The notes under the pieces were generated by a model, which was not told where the DNA came from, did not search any database, and saw only the letters and a list, made by a program, of their open reading frames with translations. A stretch of 64,000 nucleotides of DNA from Candidatus Auribacterota bacterium (lineage in GTDB: Bacteria; Auribacterota; Tritonobacteria; UBA1439): positions 4,597-68,596 of the forward strand of contig JAPLCX010000083.1 of assembly GCA_026392035.1 (NCBI GenBank), given 5' to 3'. Shown here one piece after another: positions 49,429 to 60,749 of this stretch. Both the position numbers and the translations under genes were made by a program. Positions within the stretch are counted from its first letter, which is position 1. Each line of letters begins with the position of its first letter.

Positions 49429-51114
49429 CTATCCCCAAAGAAGGGGCGCAGGGAGGGGCTTGTTCATACCCTTCTTTGTTTCCACGGCATCGCCGTGAGT
49501 CGCGACGTCATGCCCGACATCCCTTCTCCTAAAAATGAGAAAATCCTCAATTCCCCTATCGAATATATAATTTCCCGCGATGAACTTCTCTATACCTGGA
49601 TATCTCCCGAGGCTTCTCAGCGAATCGTCACGCGTCCCAGTCGCCCACCAGGCAGGATCGTTTCTCACAATGAGAATAAGCTTCGGCCTGCCCCGAACCA
49701 GGGACGCGAGAAGCTCATCACCATAGCGGTCAGGGGACCAGTTGCAACGCAGCGGGAAATTGTGAATAAAGCGCGAGACATGCGGCCTCCCGGCACAATA
49801 GTACACGAGTGTCTCGCACCCCCATATAAAAACCGTCTCGTCCGGTCTTGTAGTATGCTTAATGTAATCTGCCACGACCAGGTCTGCGGGCAGGGAGAAA
49901 TCATCCGAGGTGAACCTCACGTTCATGTAATAATCGTTCAGATCCCTTCGTTTTAGCAACCGGTCTGCGAGCGCGCGCGCGCTGTCCCTATACACCTGCA
50001 TACAATACACATTATACCGGCTGTTTACGGTAAGGAGCGGTATCGCGACGACAAGCACAAGCACCAGCACTGCCACGCGCCTGAGGGGCTGCGCGTGATG
50101 CTTCCGAAACGGGAACGCCAGCGCGGATGAAGCGCCTATCGATAGAGGCGCGGCAAGGGGAGCAAAATGGTAGATGTAGAACTTGTTCTGGATGTAAAGA
50201 TTCATCAGCGCGGCAAGCGCCCAGAGGGCAATCAGGTTGATTCGGAGACCGGGAGATCTCGTCGTCGCCGCCCAGGCATAGCTGATCAGCGCGAGGATCG
50301 CGAGGCTCACAAAACTGAAATGCGAGCTGAAGATGTCGCCGAGATGCAACAAGCCGGACACAGTGTGCGGCGGGGCGCCGACACGGCCGTACTCCCTTGC
50401 CCAGGTGAATTCTGTATACAGGAATTCTCTCCAGGCCCCTGTCAAATAAAGATAGACGGCATAACTCCCCACACAGAGAACGAACCCGCCCACCATGCAG
50501 GCGAGGCCCCCGAACGTTCTCCTGCTCCTCCCTTTCCCTACCAGCAGCACCACCATGCAGACGGCGAGCATCAATCCCATGGGATACTTGAGATAAAAGG
50601 CCGCCCCTACAAGGATTCCCTCTGCGAACGACAGAAAGAGAATCCGCTCCCTGTCGAGGGAGCGGAGCAGCAGAAGAACCGCGAGCGCGAGCGGGAGATT
50701 GAGAAAATCGTCCGGCTGCGCGGTGTTCCACCATCCCCTGCTCGCGTAGGCACTCACATAGATAAGGCCGGCGATCACCGCCACGTCATCGCTCTTTGCG
50801 ATACGCCTGGTGATCTGGAAAAGCACCGCCGCGGTTGCAACCTGCCAGAAAAGGTCCAGCCATCTTATTGCGTGTATTGAATAGCTGAACAAAAACTCAC
50901 TCAACGCATAGATGTAATAAATCGCAGGGGGTTTCGTATCCCAGAAATCCCTGAAGGGGACCGCTCCTTTGAGCACGAGATGTCCCGCGTAGGCAAACAT
51001 CCCCTGGTCCCTGCCTGGTGGGTAGATGAGGGTCGGGAGCATTACAAAGAGGGCGAGCCCAACCAGCAGGAGAAGCTTGACCGGCGAGGTATTTTTGCTA
51101 AAAATAATGTTCAT
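49429..51114 (-). CDS. ArnT/PMT-like (GT-C) glycosyltransferase
   Basis: GRDQGMFAY, DFWDTKPP, QPD, LKYP, FIWG.E...Y. Confidence 0.82.
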   Translation of the reverse strand: MNIIFSKNTSPVKLLLLVGLALFVMLPTLIYPPGRDQGMFAYAGHLVLKGAVPFRDFWDTKPPAIYYIYALSEFLFSYSIHAIRWLDLFWQVATAAVLFQITRRIAKSDDVAVIAGLIYVSAYASRGWWNTAQPDDFLNLPLALAVLLLLRSLDRERILFLSFAEGILVGAAFYLKYPMGLMLAVCMVVLLVGKGRSRRTFGGLACMVGGFVLCVGSYAVYLYLTGAWREFLYTEFTWAREYGRVGAPPHTVSGLLHLGDIFSSHFSFVSLAILALISYAWAATTRSPGLRINLIALWALAALMNLYIQNKFYIYHFAPLAAPLSIGASSALAFPFRKHHAQPLRRVAVLVLVLVVAIPLLTVNSRYNVYCMQVYRDSARALADRLLKRRDLNDYYMNVRFTSDDFSLPADLVVADYIKHTTRPDETVFIWGCETLVYYCAGRPHVSRFIHNFPLRCNWSPDRYGDELLASLVRGRPKLILIVRNDPAWWATGTRDDSLRSLGRYPGIEKFIAGNYIFDRGIEDFLIFRRRDVGHDVATHGDAVETKKGMNKPLPAPLLWG

Positions 51115-51135
51115 GTGCGATAATCATTATATGAC

Positions 51136-52662
51136 CTACCTTACAGAGAGCGGAATATATTTCCCGCTTTTTTCATCATAGGCCATGATGGGTTTTTCTT
51201 TAAGGTGGTTCCAGCACCGGTAGCCGGCCAGGGCATAGTAGATTTCTTCGTATTGATCAACCGGCCTTCCGAGCCCGTCGATGAGCATAAGTCCCTTGCC
51301 TTCCTCTGTGTGCTTCAACCAAAAGTCCAGAGATTCTGAAGGGGTGGACTTGACGTCATACCATACTATAACACGATAAATGCTGGGATTATCCAGATTA
51401 GAAAGATTTTCCGGATATGCCAGCAGATGATGGATCGGGAGGAGCAGGCAAATCAGTATGCCGGCCCATTTGAGCCCCGCAGGCCGGGTTTCCCGACCGG
51501 TCAGATAATACCAGACGATCGCGTAGACGGCATAGATTGCCGCTAGGATTCCCGTGCACCGGCGGATGCCCGGCGCGTTCATGTCCAGATTGGGAAGAAT
51601 AAGATTGAGGACAAGCAACAACCAGCTGAGAAGCAGGACGAGCCGGAGCGACCTTCTTGTAAAAAACAAAACTATCCCTGCAATCATGACAAATGCAACC
51701 GGGATGATCCCCGTCGCGCCTGAAAATTCGGTGCGTGAGAGCTCGAAGTGATAACCCTGGCCCCGCACAACCAGTTCTCTGAAGACAACTTTCAGACATC
51801 CGGCAAGAGCGGACAGATCCGGCTTGATGCCGCCTCCGCCGCGGAATAAGCCCCTTGTCGTAACTGGGTCATAAACGAGAATACTTCTGTTCTTTACATA
51901 CAGGAAGCCGACCAGTAAGGGCACCATGAAGGCAGCAATGCTTAAAAGCACATTTCCCGTTACATACAGGGCACCGCGCATTTTAGCCCGCTTCCCGAGC
52001 TGTCGAAGATACAGAATAATCAGAACCGGCAGGTAAAGGATAAAAACAGGATACGACGTGCACGCTATCATAACCAGTCCCCAGAGCGCTATTTGTATGA
52101 TGGCAACCAGCCATTTCTTATCGAAATTGAGCTTCGTTACCAGAAAGAGACAAATGGGGAAGTACTGAAGATCGAAGCCGTAGCCGCCTTGCATCATGCT
52201 GAAATAGAGAAAAATCGGCGAGAGTCCTATAGTGATAAGGGGCAGCCAGGCCCTGCCTGCGCCCATCAAGTTCCGAAGCACGCCTGCCAGGCAAAAGATT
52301 GAAACGAGATGGATTGCCAGCCGGACGATCTTGGCCGTGTGAAGTCCGAAGCCAAAGCAGTTATAAACAAAAAGCAACAGACCGTACCACCCGATGTTGG
52401 TTGACGCCCCGTTGTAGACAATGCGGTGCTGTAGCAAATACACGTTGCGAACAGATTCCATCAGTTCTTCATAACGGATCTGATTCATGGAGCGGAAGGA
52501 GTAAACGGCCTGTAAGCCAAAAAGCAGCGCTGCAAGCCACCAGTAGAGTGAAACCGTAGCACCGGTTTTCCCTGAAATAGACTTGCTCGATAAGTTCTGC
52601 AAGAAATTGAACCCCTGAAATAGTTTTCCCGTAACCGGCGAGTAACCGACTCCAAACCTCAT
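51136..52662 (-). CDS. Polytopic membrane protein, GT-C-like
   Basis: IRYEE loop after the first TM, about 10 TM helices; start uncertain. Confidence 0.62.
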   Translation of the reverse strand: MRFGVGYSPVTGKLFQGFNFLQNLSSKSISGKTGATVSLYWWLAALLFGLQAVYSFRSMNQIRYEELMESVRNVYLLQHRIVYNGASTNIGWYGLLLFVYNCFGFGLHTAKIVRLAIHLVSIFCLAGVLRNLMGAGRAWLPLITIGLSPIFLYFSMMQGGYGFDLQYFPICLFLVTKLNFDKKWLVAIIQIALWGLVMIACTSYPVFILYLPVLIILYLRQLGKRAKMRGALYVTGNVLLSIAAFMVPLLVGFLYVKNRSILVYDPVTTRGLFRGGGGIKPDLSALAGCLKVVFRELVVRGQGYHFELSRTEFSGATGIIPVAFVMIAGIVLFFTRRSLRLVLLLSWLLLVLNLILPNLDMNAPGIRRCTGILAAIYAVYAIVWYYLTGRETRPAGLKWAGILICLLLPIHHLLAYPENLSNLDNPSIYRVIVWYDVKSTPSESLDFWLKHTEEGKGLMLIDGLGRPVDQYEEIYYALAGYRCWNHLKEKPIMAYDEKSGKYIPLSVR

Positions 52663-52718
52663 AATCCCTTACTGATTAAGCTAAATAAGGAAGATTGCGC
52701 CCAAGATAATCGAAAAGC

Positions 52719-55133
52719 TCACCTGAGCGGATGAGGCAGGGCGCCCCGCCGGCAAGCCAGAGCGCAAAAATACAGCCCCAGAATTGCCAGTGCCCCTAAT
52801 GTTATTCGCGCACCCAGAGCAAACGATCGCGACTCATAGCGGAATGTCACCATGTGCGCCCCCGCATCAAGTGCAACCGCCCTGAATGCATAGTTCGCGC
52901 GGAGTATTTCATTGCGCTGACCATCGACGTACGCCATCCATCCTGGATAATAGACATCGCTCAGGACAAGCACGCCAGCATCGGGGAGCGTCGCTCTGAT
53001 GACGACCTCCCGCGGGAGCGAGCTCGTCAGCTCAACCCGGGTTATCTGTCCCGCCACCATCTTCTCAGGCAACGTCACGCCCGGTTTCTTCTCAAGGATG
53101 ACCTCGCGGGCGAAATCAAAATGCTCACCCAATTCGTGAAGAATTTTCTCGCGATCGGAAATAATCCGGGCTTTATGGACCACGTATGCGCGGGGAATGG
53201 GTGTCTCCCGCTCATAGATATTTGTCCCGTCGCCTCCAAAACTCAGCCGATAGCCCGCCCTCATAAAACGCTGCTCCGCGGGAAGGATCAGATATCGGAG
53301 GCCAAGTGCCTCCAGCATCGGCGTGACGGTGTTGATGGCAAAGGTGAGCTGCGTTGCGGAGGAGACCCCCTGTGAGAAATCCACATATTCCTTGTAACTT
53401 CCCACGTTCGTCGTCTCATACCCATCAATGGCATAGATCCCCACGTTCATGTTCTGATTGGCGCCGGGCACTGCGATACTGGGGGCGAGGATTCTGAAGT
53501 CCGAACGGTCAGACGTAAAAAAATCAGCCACTCCCCTCGGCCAGTAGCAGGACGAGAGCGGGCTCACCATGATGTACTTCGAACCGTAGTGCCAGAGGTC
53601 AGTGAGGGAGATGCAGAGGATGAGCGCGCTCACAATCGCCGGCCATTGTTTCTTGTGCGTTGCAATCAAGATAACAGAAGATGATACTCCCAGCCAGATG
53701 GCAGCAGTGAGAATGCCTCTCCACGCAACGTGGTAGGTGGCGCGTATCAGCTGGATGTCTGCGGGATGGGGCGGAGGAGTCCCCTCAAAACCCCTCGCTG
53801 CGCGATAACGTAATGCCGCCTGCCAGAGAGAGGAGCGTTCCCCTCCGCTGGCGGCCATGACCAGACAGAGCAGCAGAAGAAGAAGGGCCAGCGCAAGCGT
53901 TGCGCCGCCAACGATCAGGAATTGCTTTTTTCTTTCCCCGGAGCACCTGGTCACACAGTGGCACCCATACCCTGCAAGCACGGAGAGAGAAAACGTCGTC
54001 AGGAATATGAATTTAGCCTGCCCCCTGAAGAGGGTAAAGCCGGGAACGTGATAGTAGAATATTTTAAAAAGCGGAGAATAGGCCCCGAATGCCAGCAGGA
54101 GTGAAAAGAGCGCCAATCCTGAAAAGAACAAGGTATAGCGATTCCGGATAAACAGCGATCCTATCAACGCAAGCACGAGTGGGAGGATTCCCACATAGGC
54201 GCAGGTCTCCCAGAGCAGCCATCTCCCCCAATATCGCACCTCGTGCATGTCACCCAAGAAACCGGGGACAAGGAAAGTGACGATATTCTCCGGAGGGAAA
54301 GAAACATCGCTCACCGCCTTTGGATCACGAAGCAACGTGCGACTTGAGTGAGTGGTGAATTCCATGCTCGGGAATAGCTGGATCGCGGAGAGTGCAATGC
54401 CCACCACAAGAATGACCACGATGCCCCCGCATACGTATCCGAGGGGCGAAATACTCCCCGCCCCGCGGCAGTCGATGAGCCCCCGGAACAGCAGATACAG
54501 CACAAGCGCACCCAGGCAATACGCCATGTATTGGGGGTGCCCGGCAAGGACCTGCAGCGCGAGCACGGCCCCCCCGAGGATATAGTAGCGCATCTCCTTC
54601 TTGCGCAACGCAATCTCGGCGAGGAGCAGGGAGAGCGGGAACCAGGACAACGGATTGAATATATGGCCCGGAAAAAGCTGGACGAGGTACGGCCCGGAGA
54701 AGATAAAGGTGAGTGCAGAAACGAGCGCGCTGAAGCGGTCTCCCAGGAGATACCTCACGAACGCGTACGTGAGGACACCGGTGAGAAAGAAATGAAAAGC
54801 GATCGAGTAGTTAAGGGCGCTGTGGACAGGTATAAAGAGGAATATGAGGTTGAGGGGATAGAATATTGCGGAGTGCCAGTTTGCAACAAATGGCACCCCG
54901 CAGAAGAGATACGGATTCCAGAGCGGGATCACTCCCTTTTTCAGAAGACCAAACCCGAAGAGCCTCAAGGGATATATGTGGTGGGTGAGATCGAGAAAAA
55001 TGGGATGGCTGAGGATAACCTGGGAATTGAAGAACGATTTCCTGAAAAGGGCAACTGTAACAAAGAGAAGGAGCAGGATACAATACCGATCTCTCAACCG
55101 CGGCATCGCTTCCTCGGGTGCATTGTTACTCAT
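52719..55133 (-). CDS. YfhO family membrane glycosyltransferase
   Basis: GVIPLWNPYLFCGVPF, IFYPLN, AGHPQ, PRAY, LSDVYYPGW.A.VDG, ANYAFRAV. Confidence 0.88.
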   Translation of the reverse strand: MSNNAPEEAMPRLRDRYCILLLLFVTVALFRKSFFNSQVILSHPIFLDLTHHIYPLRLFGFGLLKKGVIPLWNPYLFCGVPFVANWHSAIFYPLNLIFLFIPVHSALNYSIAFHFFLTGVLTYAFVRYLLGDRFSALVSALTFIFSGPYLVQLFPGHIFNPLSWFPLSLLLAEIALRKKEMRYYILGGAVLALQVLAGHPQYMAYCLGALVLYLLFRGLIDCRGAGSISPLGYVCGGIVVILVVGIALSAIQLFPSMEFTTHSSRTLLRDPKAVSDVSFPPENIVTFLVPGFLGDMHEVRYWGRWLLWETCAYVGILPLVLALIGSLFIRNRYTLFFSGLALFSLLLAFGAYSPLFKIFYYHVPGFTLFRGQAKFIFLTTFSLSVLAGYGCHCVTRCSGERKKQFLIVGGATLALALLLLLLCLVMAASGGERSSLWQAALRYRAARGFEGTPPPHPADIQLIRATYHVAWRGILTAAIWLGVSSSVILIATHKKQWPAIVSALILCISLTDLWHYGSKYIMVSPLSSCYWPRGVADFFTSDRSDFRILAPSIAVPGANQNMNVGIYAIDGYETTNVGSYKEYVDFSQGVSSATQLTFAINTVTPMLEALGLRYLILPAEQRFMRAGYRLSFGGDGTNIYERETPIPRAYVVHKARIISDREKILHELGEHFDFAREVILEKKPGVTLPEKMVAGQITRVELTSSLPREVVIRATLPDAGVLVLSDVYYPGWMAYVDGQRNEILRANYAFRAVALDAGAHMVTFRYESRSFALGARITLGALAILGLYFCALACRRGALPHPLR

Positions 55134-55236
55134 TACGTTCTCGTGGAGATTGTCAGTGCAGACGCTTTACGCGCCAAAACTATCACCAACACTGATTCAC
55201 TGTGCACACCAGCATAATTTTGTACTGTGCCCCCTG

Positions 55237-55948
<712 letters not shown>

Positions 55949-55956
<8 letters not shown>

Positions 55957-57184
55957 AGCGCAGCGCCTCCACCGGGTCGAGCCGGGAGGCCTGCCACGCC
56001 GGATAGAGCGCAGCAGCCGTGCTCAGGGCGATGGCGATGGCGGCGGTCAGGGAGATCCTCACCCATGACAGTTCCACGGGGATCTTGTCCAGGTAGTAGA
56101 TATCGCTCTTGAACAACTGGAACCCCGTGAGCCAGCCGATGAAATCCGCGATCGGATTGATCGAATCCGAAAAGAGGTATCCCGCCGCCACCCCCATGAG
56201 GGCGCCTGTGATGCCGATGAGCGCGCCCTCCATCGTGAAGATGGTCATGATGCTGCGGGGTTTTACCCCGATCGCCTTCAGAATCCCGATATCCTTCGTC
56301 TTCTCCATCACCACCATGATCATGGTGCTCGCGATATTGAGGGCGGCGACGAGCACGATGAGGGCGACAATAAAGAACATGACCTTCTTCTCCATCCTCA
56401 CCGCGGCGAAGAGGTTGGGGTTCTTCTCCATCCAGCTCTTGACCAGATACGGGGAGGGGAACGCCGTCTTGAGCTCCCGTTCCACCCTGCGCGTCAGGTC
56501 CATATCTCTAATCTTCACGCTCACGCCATGGACCGCGCCATCGAACCGGAAGAGCTTCTGAGCGGTGTTCAGGTCAACATAGACGAGCGAGGAGTCGTAC
56601 TCGTACATGCCGGAGTTGAAAATGCCGGCGATGACCCGGTCGAGCACGACGGGGACGGGCCCCGCGGGGGTCTGCACCTCAACGGGGGAGACGATCTTGA
56701 CCTCGTCGCCCACGTCAAATCCCATATCCTTCGCGAGCTCCTCCCCCACGATGATCCCGGCCCCCGATTCGAGGAGATTCCCCTGCGCAATGTACTTCCT
56801 GAGCGCGGTCGTCTTCCCCTCGCGCAGGGGATCAATTCCCTTCACAACCACGCCGCGCGCCTGCCGTGCGCCCCTCACAATCACCTGGCCGATGATATAC
56901 GGCGCCGCGGCGAGCACGTCCGGGAGCTGCTCGGCATTCCTGATCACCCCCTCGTAGTCCCGCATCACCGGCCTCACCTCGATCGTGAGCTCGGAATACA
57001 CTCCAATCACCTTATCCTTCATCTCGCGCTCAAACCCGCTCATCACCGCGAGCACCACGATGAGCGCCATCACCCCGAGCGCCACGCCTGCCAGGGATAT
57101 CACGGTGATAAAGGAGATAAAGCGGTGCTTGCGCTTCGCCTTGAGGTACCTGAACCCCACGAACAGTTCGAATGGGAGTTGCAT
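55949..57184 (-). CDS. lolE: Lipoprotein-releasing ABC transporter permease LolC/E
   Basis: [57 protein letters not shown]. Confidence 0.9.
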
Positions 57185-57209
57185 GAGATACACCTTGATG
57201 CTGATGCTG

Positions 57210-57369
57210 TTTCACCACGGAGACACGGAGAACACGGAGAACAAGAGATTATTACAAAGGGCAAAAGAACCGAATGAATAACATACCTGGAAGCTCCACC
57301 ACAGAGGGTATGAGACTGCTTTCATAAGCCATATCCTTACTCCGTGCTCTCCGTGCCTCCGTGGTAAAA
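57210..57369. repeat. Inverted-arm element, about 160 bp, with CACGGAGA units
   Basis: ttcaccacggagacacggagaacacggaga ... ctccgtgctctccgtgcctccgtggtaaa. Confidence 0.85.
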
Positions 57370-57389
57370 ATCCCTACGATATTTTCGTC

Positions 57390-58886
57390 TCACCTCTCAA
57401 GTCCCACTTCTGACTTATCTTCCGGTTTTAATTGCGGGAACAGGATCACGTCCCGGATGGACTCCCTGCCGCTGAAGAGCATGACGAGCCTGTCAACACC
57501 GATCCCCAGCCCCCCCGCCGGCGGCATGCCGTACTCGAGCGCCCTGATGAAGTCCTCATCCATCCGGTGCGCCTCATCGTCTCCCCTGTCCCTCGCGGCC
57601 CGCTGGGCCTCAAACCGCTCCCGCTGGTCGAGGGGATCGCAGAGTTCCGAGAAGGCGTTGACAACCTCCAGGCCGCCGATGAAAAGCTGGAATCGCTCCG
57701 TGAGTAGTGGCTTCTCCGGTATCTTTTTCGCGAGGGGGGAGAGCGCAACGGGATAGTCAATGAGGAAGGTGGGCGCGATCAGGATGGGGACCACGCGGCT
57801 CTTCACCACCTCATCCACGATCTTGGCATATGTTTTCGGCCCCTCGATCTGGAGCTCCAGCCTCGCCGCAGCCGCCGCGGCCGCCGCTTCTCCCCTCTCG
57901 GGAGAGAGGTCCTCGCCCGTGTGCGTTCGTACCGCCTCAAGAATGGGCAGGCGCGGCCAGGGTGGCGAGAGGGAGATGTCGTGTCCGCGAAAGCTGATGC
58001 GCTCAGACCCCAGCACCTCCCGCGACAGCGTGCCGATCATCTCCTCGACAAGCTCCATGATGTTCCTGTAGTCGGCGTACGCCTCGTAGAGCTCGAGCAT
58101 CGTGAATTCGGGGTTGTGCCTGGTGGAGATGCCCTCGTTGCGGAAATTCCGGTTGAGCTCGTAAATCTTCTCCATTCCCCCGACGAGCAACCTCTTGAGG
58201 TACAGCTCCGGCGCCACGCGCAGGTAGAGATCCGTGTCGAGCGCCCGATGGTGGGTGACGAACGGCCTCGCGGTCGCCCCCCCGGGGAGCGGCTGCATCA
58301 TCGGGGTTTCAACCTCTATAAACCCGCGCGCATCCAGAAACGCGCGCAGGCCGCTGATGACGCGGCTCCTGAGCATGAACACGCGGCGCGATTCCTCGTT
58401 GGACATGAGATCCAGGTACCGCTGCCGGTAGCGGGTCTCCACATCGGCGAGGTTGTACCAGTGCCTGTCTTCCTTGCTCTTGCCGAGCGGAGGCTCCCTG
58501 AGGGCTTTCACGAGGATCTCGATGCGCTTTACCTCAAGCGTCTTTTCGCCCATTTTTGTCGTGAAAAGCTTCCCCTCCACGCCGACGATATCGCCGGTAT
58601 CGAGATTTTTCACCTGGGAGAACACGTCGCTCCCGAGCACATCCTGCCTCAGATAGAGCTGGATCTTTCCGCTCGCATCCCGGAGGTCGGCAAAGATAGC
58701 CTTCCCATGCCCCCGCATTGAGACAAGCCTGCCCGCGAGGCGCGCCTCCCCCCCTTCGGTAAAACGTTCCACGGCTTCGCCCACCGCCTGGCGGCGCGGG
58801 AATGCGTCCTGGTACACGCGCGCCCCCGCCTCGCGGAGCCGCTTCAGTTTCTCCAGCCTCTGTTCGTACAGGTTGTCTATTTCCAT
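57390..58886 (-). CDS. lysS: Lysine--tRNA ligase (class II)
   Basis: RYRQRYLDL, EVETPMM, GGATARPF.TH, FRNEGI..HNPEFT, YGMPPAGGLGIGVDRL. Confidence 0.97.
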   Translation of the reverse strand: MEIDNLYEQRLEKLKRLREAGARVYQDAFPRRQAVGEAVERFTEGGEARLAGRLVSMRGHGKAIFADLRDASGKIQLYLRQDVLGSDVFSQVKNLDTGDIVGVEGKLFTTKMGEKTLEVKRIEILVKALREPPLGKSKEDRHWYNLADVETRYRQRYLDLMSNEESRRVFMLRSRVISGLRAFLDARGFIEVETPMMQPLPGGATARPFVTHHRALDTDLYLRVAPELYLKRLLVGGMEKIYELNRNFRNEGISTRHNPEFTMLELYEAYADYRNIMELVEEMIGTLSREVLGSERISFRGHDISLSPPWPRLPILEAVRTHTGEDLSPERGEAAAAAAAARLELQIEGPKTYAKIVDEVVKSRVVPILIAPTFLIDYPVALSPLAKKIPEKPLLTERFQLFIGGLEVVNAFSELCDPLDQRERFEAQRAARDRGDDEAHRMDEDFIRALEYGMPPAGGLGIGVDRLVMLFSGRESIRDVILFPQLKPEDKSEVGLER

Positions 58887-58916
58887 TGCCTCACCCGAAA
58901 CCGCTCCTCAGTTCTC

Positions 58917-58984
58917 TAACCACTGAAAACACTGAATATTCTGAATCGTTGTTTCTCCAGTGATTTCTGTGTCTTCAGTGGTTA
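58917..58984. repeat. Inverted-arm element with CACTGAA units
   Basis: taaccactgaaaacactgaatattctgaa ... cagtgatttctgtgtcttcagtggtta. Confidence 0.75.
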
Positions 58985-58998
58985 AAACATTACACGAT

Positions 58999-59052
58999 CT
59001 TCTCCGTGCCCTCCGTGCCCCTGCCTGCCGGCAGGCAGGTCCGTGGTGAAAA
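58999..59052. repeat. Single arm of CACGGAG element with nested perfect palindrome CCTGCCTGCCGGCAGGCAGG
   Basis: Reverse complement matches 2295-2348 at 51/54. Confidence 0.85.
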
Positions 59053-59128
59053 CCAATTAAACAAAAGCGCACGGGCGCTCCATTCCTCCACGCCCGCGCG
59101 CCTCGCGTGCTGCGCCTCTTCAACAACC

Positions 59129-59539
59129 TCACTGCGCCTGAATGGGTTGCTCCTGTGCGGGTGGGGGCGGGGCATCAGGCGGCTTCTGCTGCAATGGCCC
59201 CTCCGGCGCCTCGACCCACGGATTGTACTCGGGCTGAACCAATCCATTCCATTCTGTTTTCGGCAACGGCATGGGGAAGGTTGCAAGGTCCGCCGCGCCC
59301 GAGAGGACACGCAGCGGCACCATGATGATTCCCTTCCCCACTCCCATCGGGGCTCCCCGCATGATGCCCTTTTCCTTACACATCGCGTACGGCTGGTAGG
59401 GAAGTTCCAGCCAGCAGCCCAGCACGTTGGAGAATCCCCTGTCCGCCTTATGGCTGACATCGTCCCAGTAACCGGCAAACGCAACCGCGCTCAGCACCAC
59501 GAGCAGGATCCCCGCGCATAATACACGTATCACACTCAT
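59129..59539 (-). CDS. Secreted/membrane protein resembling exosortase-system-associated TIGR04073 family
   Basis: Signal peptide, K..RG..N...WLELP ... R...G..DL.TFP pattern; AGGAGG RBS; true start MSVIR. Confidence 0.65.
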   Translation of the reverse strand: MSVIRVLCAGILLVVLSAVAFAGYWDDVSHKADRGFSNVLGCWLELPYQPYAMCKEKGIMRGAPMGVGKGIIMVPLRVLSGAADLATFPMPLPKTEWNGLVQPEYNPWVEAPEGPLQQKPPDAPPPPAQEQPIQAQ

Positions 59540-59612
59540 GCCCTCCTCCTTTCCAACCGGGTGAGATTGTACCGTATATTCGCTCCCCGCGTAAAGCCCA
59601 TTGCCTTTTTTC

Positions 59613-59647
59613 TTTTCACTATTCACCATCCACTTTTCACTCTCCAC
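59613..59647. repeat. Five degenerate 7-bp units (TTTTCAC-like) overlapping the prfB stop
   Basis: ttttcac tattcac catccac ttttcac tctccac. Confidence 0.7.
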
Positions 59648-60735
59648 TGTGTCTGAGGTACGCCTCGATAAACGGCTGGATCTCTCCATCCATGACCGCC
59701 TGCACATTGCCTGTTTCATGCCTGGTCCGGTGGTCCTTGACCATCTGGTAGGGCTGGAAGACGTAGGAGCGGATCTGGCTTCCCCAGGCAATTTCCTGTT
59801 TCTCCCCCCGCTCCTTTGCAAGTTCCTCCTCTTTGATCCGCCGGAAGTGCTCCGCCACGCGCGCGGTGAGCACGCGCATCGCGGTCACGCGGTTCTTGTA
59901 CTGCGAGCGCTCGTTCTGGCACTGCACGACGATCCCGGTCGGGAAGTGCGTGATGCGGACGGCGGAGTCCGTCTTGTTCACGTGCTGGCCGCCCGCCCCG
60001 TGGGCGCGGAAGGTGTCGATCCTCAGATCCTCGTCCTTGATCTCGATCTCCTGCTCTCCCTCCACCTCCGGCACCACGTCCGCCGATGCGAACGAGGTGT
60101 GCCGCCGCTTATTCGAGTCGAACGGGGAAATCCGCACGAGCCGGTGAACGCCGCGCTCCGCCTTAAGGTAGCCATAGGCGTAGGCTCCCCTGACGGACAG
60201 CGTGACGCTGCGGAATCCGGCCTCCTCGCCCGGGGTCATGTCGAGGACCTCCACCGCGCACCCGCGCTGCTCCGCCCACCGCCGGTACATCCGAAGCAAC
60301 ATCGCGACCCAGTCGCAGGACTCGGTGCCGCCGGCCCCCGCGTGGATCATCATGATCGCCCCCGCCTGGTCGTGCGGGTCAGCCAGCATCGACTTGAGCT
60401 CGAGCTCGCGGTACTCGCCTTCGACGCGCTCGAGGTCCTTCGCCAGTTCTGGGGCGGAGCTCTCGTCCCCCTCAGCCCTGATGAGTTCGAGGAATACGCC
60501 GATGTCCTCCGCTTCCTTGCTGATCTTCTCCCAGCACCCGACTGTCTCCTTGATCCTGCTGAGCGTTTCGGTGACGGTCCGTGCGCCGGCCTGGTCGCTC
60601 CAGAAACCCGACCTGCCTATCTTCTCCTCGAGGCCGGAAATCTCCTTCCGCTTGCCGGGGACGTCAAAGGTAGTCTCCGAGCTTCTGCAGGCCATCAATG
60701 AGCCGCATTTGCCGGTCGATCAGTTCGTCAAGCAT
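59637..60735 (-). CDS. prfB: Peptide chain release factor 2 with programmed +1 frameshift
   Basis: MLDELIDRQMRLIDGLQKLGDYL then CTT TGA C at 60669-60663 with an internal GGAG; SPF and GGQ motifs in the +1 frame. Confidence 0.96.
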
Positions 60736-60749
60736 ATAACCCTCCGGAT

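Noticed and set aside
32812..55133. Integron cassette array or diversity-generating retroelement behind the GT-C array
   Set aside because: No integrase, reverse transcriptase, attC-like repeats or TR/VR pair was seen; many genes abut or overlap.
59540..59821. N-terminal 94 aa of the 230-aa ORF 59129..59821
   Set aside because: It overlaps prfB in another frame and runs through a heptamer repeat; a good RBS and signal peptide begin at 59539.
60664..60698. prfB as a pseudogene, or starting at 60698
   Set aside because: Explained by the canonical programmed frameshift.
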